A stretch of 64,000 nucleotides of DNA. It comes from an uncultured delta proteobacterium. Its GTDB lineage: Bacteria; Desulfobacterota; Binatia; UBA9968. The stretch covers positions 482,271 through 546,270 of the forward strand of contig CAVXEP010000029.1 in NCBI GenBank assembly GCA_963760795.1, read 5' to 3'. Below the pieces are notes generated by a model that saw only the letters and a list, made by a program, of their open reading frames with translations, was not told the DNA's origin and made no database searches. Positions 61,885 to 64,000 of the stretch are shown in pieces (position 1 is the stretch's first letter; every line of letters starts with the position of its first letter). Position numbers and translations under genes: made by a program.

Positions 61885-62866
61885 TCATGCGCAGCGACTG
61901 GACGAGCTTGATCAAATCGCTGCCACCGGCGATTTCCTTGCCGAACTCTTCGTAGACGGTCGCCGAGCCTTTGATGAACGCTTCTTTGTCAACTTCGTTG
62001 GCCTTCATCGGCGGGGCGAGTTTGCTCATGAGCTCTTTGTCCAGCCGTTCGCCTTCGGAGCGGGCAAAATCCCCCATGTCCCAGGCGATCTTTGACAAAG
62101 TGCTTTGAACGTCTTTTGGCAGCTTCGCCCAATACTCTTCTCCCATCACCAGGTAAGCGGGAGTGTAAACATGGCCGCTCAAGGAGAGAAATTTTTGCAC
62201 CTCGTGAAATTTCGCCGAGGCGATTTGCGGGAAGGGGTTTTCCTGAGCGTCCATGACGCCGGACTGAAGCGCCGAATAGACCTCGGCGAGCGGCATGGGC
62301 GAGGGATTCGCCCCATAGTCCTTGAACATTTTTACCCGCCAGACCCCACCCGGCACTCTTAACTTGATGCCTTTCAAATCCTCGGGTTTGACGATGGGTC
62401 TGACGTTGTTGGTGATGTGGCGAAAGCCGTTCTCCCACAGGCCGAGAATGCGCATGCCTTTGGCCGGCAGCCCGTCGAAAAGCGCACTCTGCACCGGTTT
62501 GCTGTCGGCGACTTTTTTCATATGGGCGCGGCTGACGATCAAGTAGGGCATCTCGAAGACGCCGAACTTCTGCTCCGCCGTACTCATGACGGTCGACGGC
62601 AGAAACATTTCCGGCGCGCCAATTTTGATGCCGCGCATCATCTGCTCGTCGCTGCCGAGCTGGCTGGAATGAAAAACTTTGACGTCCACTTTGCCTTTGA
62701 GCGCGGCATTGGCCCGCTTGGCGTATTCATCCGTGGTAATCGCGAACAGTGAGCCGGGAAAGCCGACGTGGCCGAGGCGAATGGTGATGGGCTGCTGGGA
62801 CCAGGCCGTGGCCGGCGAGAGACCGAGCATGACCAAGGTAAGAGCTAAACCGATTGTAAGCTTCAT
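61885..62866 (-). CDS. dctP: TRAP substrate-binding protein (stop codon affected by a probable indel)
   Basis: MKLTIG signal peptide after AGGAG; WENGFRH, PEDLKGIKLRV, EVYSALQSGVMDAQENP. Confidence 0.85.
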
Positions 62867-62880
62867 TGTACGGCTCCTCT

Positions 62881-63605
62881 CTAATCGCCTGAGCGGTCTT
62901 GACGCTTTAAGTTGCAGGCTTTCTCGATGATGGCTTCGGCTCTCTTGATGTTGAATACCCCACAGGTGCAGAAGCGCGCCATGTAGCGCGCCGCTTGTTC
63001 GGGACTGCGACGGTTTTCCTTGACCCAATCGACCATTTTCATGGCCGAGGTATGCGGCGACATTGCCGTGACCGCAGCATCGTGGCGAGCTCCAGGGTGG
63101 CGGCGTTGGGCAACCGGTCCACTCGGCCGCAAAAGCCCAGGGAATACTCGACGCTGTGGCGGGTGATGCCGGTGTCGTGGCAGCAACGCTCGGCGTCGTC
63201 GATGGGCGCGCTGATGTTGATCGAGATACCCAGGTTGGCGGCGCGGACATCGGCAACGAACGCGGTCATATCGGCGTAATTCTCGAAGACCGCCGCCACC
63301 GTGGTGGGCCTTCGATGCCGGCGATGACTTCATCCGGGTTCGGCAGTTGGTCGCGCTGCCAATGAGCAGTCGGGTTCATATCTCGGCGCGGACGGAGCAC
63401 GCCGCCCTTGGTAGCGTCGCCAATGTTCACCGGGTTGTGCTTCAACGCCAGACTCAAAAAGGTGCGGTACTTGTCGACCAGACTCTCGTCGTTGATGTCG
63501 CGGCTCGCCATGGCGAAGACGATGTAGTCGTTGTCGACCGGCTGCGGATTCGGCGGCGGGCTCAACGGCGTAGTGCTCGCTATAGCGGTGCAGCGTGTTG
63601 GTCAT
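62881..63605 (-). CDS. Uncharacterised protein with CGHG and CxCGxFN motifs (several frameshifts)
   Basis: Stitched from ORFs 63330, 63266, 63039 and 62881: MTNTLHR...DYIVFAM...LGISINIS...HSVEYSLG...TMCGHG...CTCGVFN. Confidence 0.6.
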
Positions 63606-63611
63606 GTTACT

Positions 63612-63746
63612 AAAATTCAAAATGCAAAGTGCAGAATGCAAAAGTCAACACGGCAGAGAAGGTTTGAGACCGGGACAAACCGTCAGCCCTGTTTCGGCTT
63701 TTCATGTTTTGCCTTTTGCACTTTTCACTGTCTGTACTTTGCATTG
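63612..63746. repeat. Inverted heptamer repeat tracts
   Basis: AAATTCA/AAATGCA/AAGTGCA/GAATGCA units facing TTTTGCC/TTTTGCA/TTTGCAT units. Confidence 0.6.
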
Positions 63747-64000
63747 CGGAATTCGTCCCAGTCCCAAATTGGTCTTTCCCCGATAGGTCGGATAGCCTTC
63801 GCGCTCCAATATTTCTCGCAGGCGGTCCTCGCCCGCGCCGTCGCAACGGGTCGACACGCCGATGCTGATCACCGTGTCGACTTGCGGCGAAAGCTCTCGC
63901 ACTTTGCGCAAGACCGAAGGCACTCGTCCAGTTTGGTTTTGATTTCGACGATCGCCGAGAGAATTTTTTCATTTAGAATCTCGGGCCGGAGCAGACCGCG
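63702..64000 (-). CDS. C-terminal part of an uncharacterised protein truncated by the window edge
   Basis: RGLLRPEILNEKILSAIVEIK, then a frameshift to ...VDTVISIGVSTRC...GKTNLGLGR. Confidence 0.5.

Noticed and set aside
61763-63256. 497 aa extended DctP
   Set aside because: True start is 62866 with RBS and signal peptide; the extensions come from frameshifts in the neighbouring gene and at the stop

Overview
GC-rich bacterial chromosomal window. The gene content (many orphan NitT/TauT and Bug-type binding proteins, paralogous amidohydrolases, multi-GAF kinase) resembles soil Candidatus Binatia / deltaproteobacteria-like genomes; this placement is inference only. Isolated single-base frameshifts in otherwise intact genes point to an imperfectly polished long-read or metagenome consensus. 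Left to right: a DUF4331-TPR-His-rich Ni/Co-transporter-like operon; an ICL/PEP-mutase family, PLP decarboxylase, MOSC, EamA, TfoX-like cluster; a small toxin-antitoxin/DprA remnant islet; a double-length UvrA; queE; a large class A PBP; an ~8.1 kb histidine kinase gene with 14 tandem GAF domains followed by a DivK-like receiver and a REC-class III cyclase; a Phd-PIN TA pair; ~14 kb of orphan binding proteins, amidohydrolases, cupin, nitroreductase and an HDO-like enzyme; a lytic transglycosylase; glcDEF; two TRAP systems with an amidase; and two uncharacterised genes at the right edge. The most unusual feature is the GAF array. It has conserved heptad-phased linkers, variable cores, a three-unit higher-order periodicity, and sequence noise concentrated in the cores, which could mean a recombinationally variable sensor array or an assembly artefact. 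Intergenic spaces hold many REP-like and short-period repeats. No rRNA, tRNA, CRISPR array, integrase or transposase was recognised.
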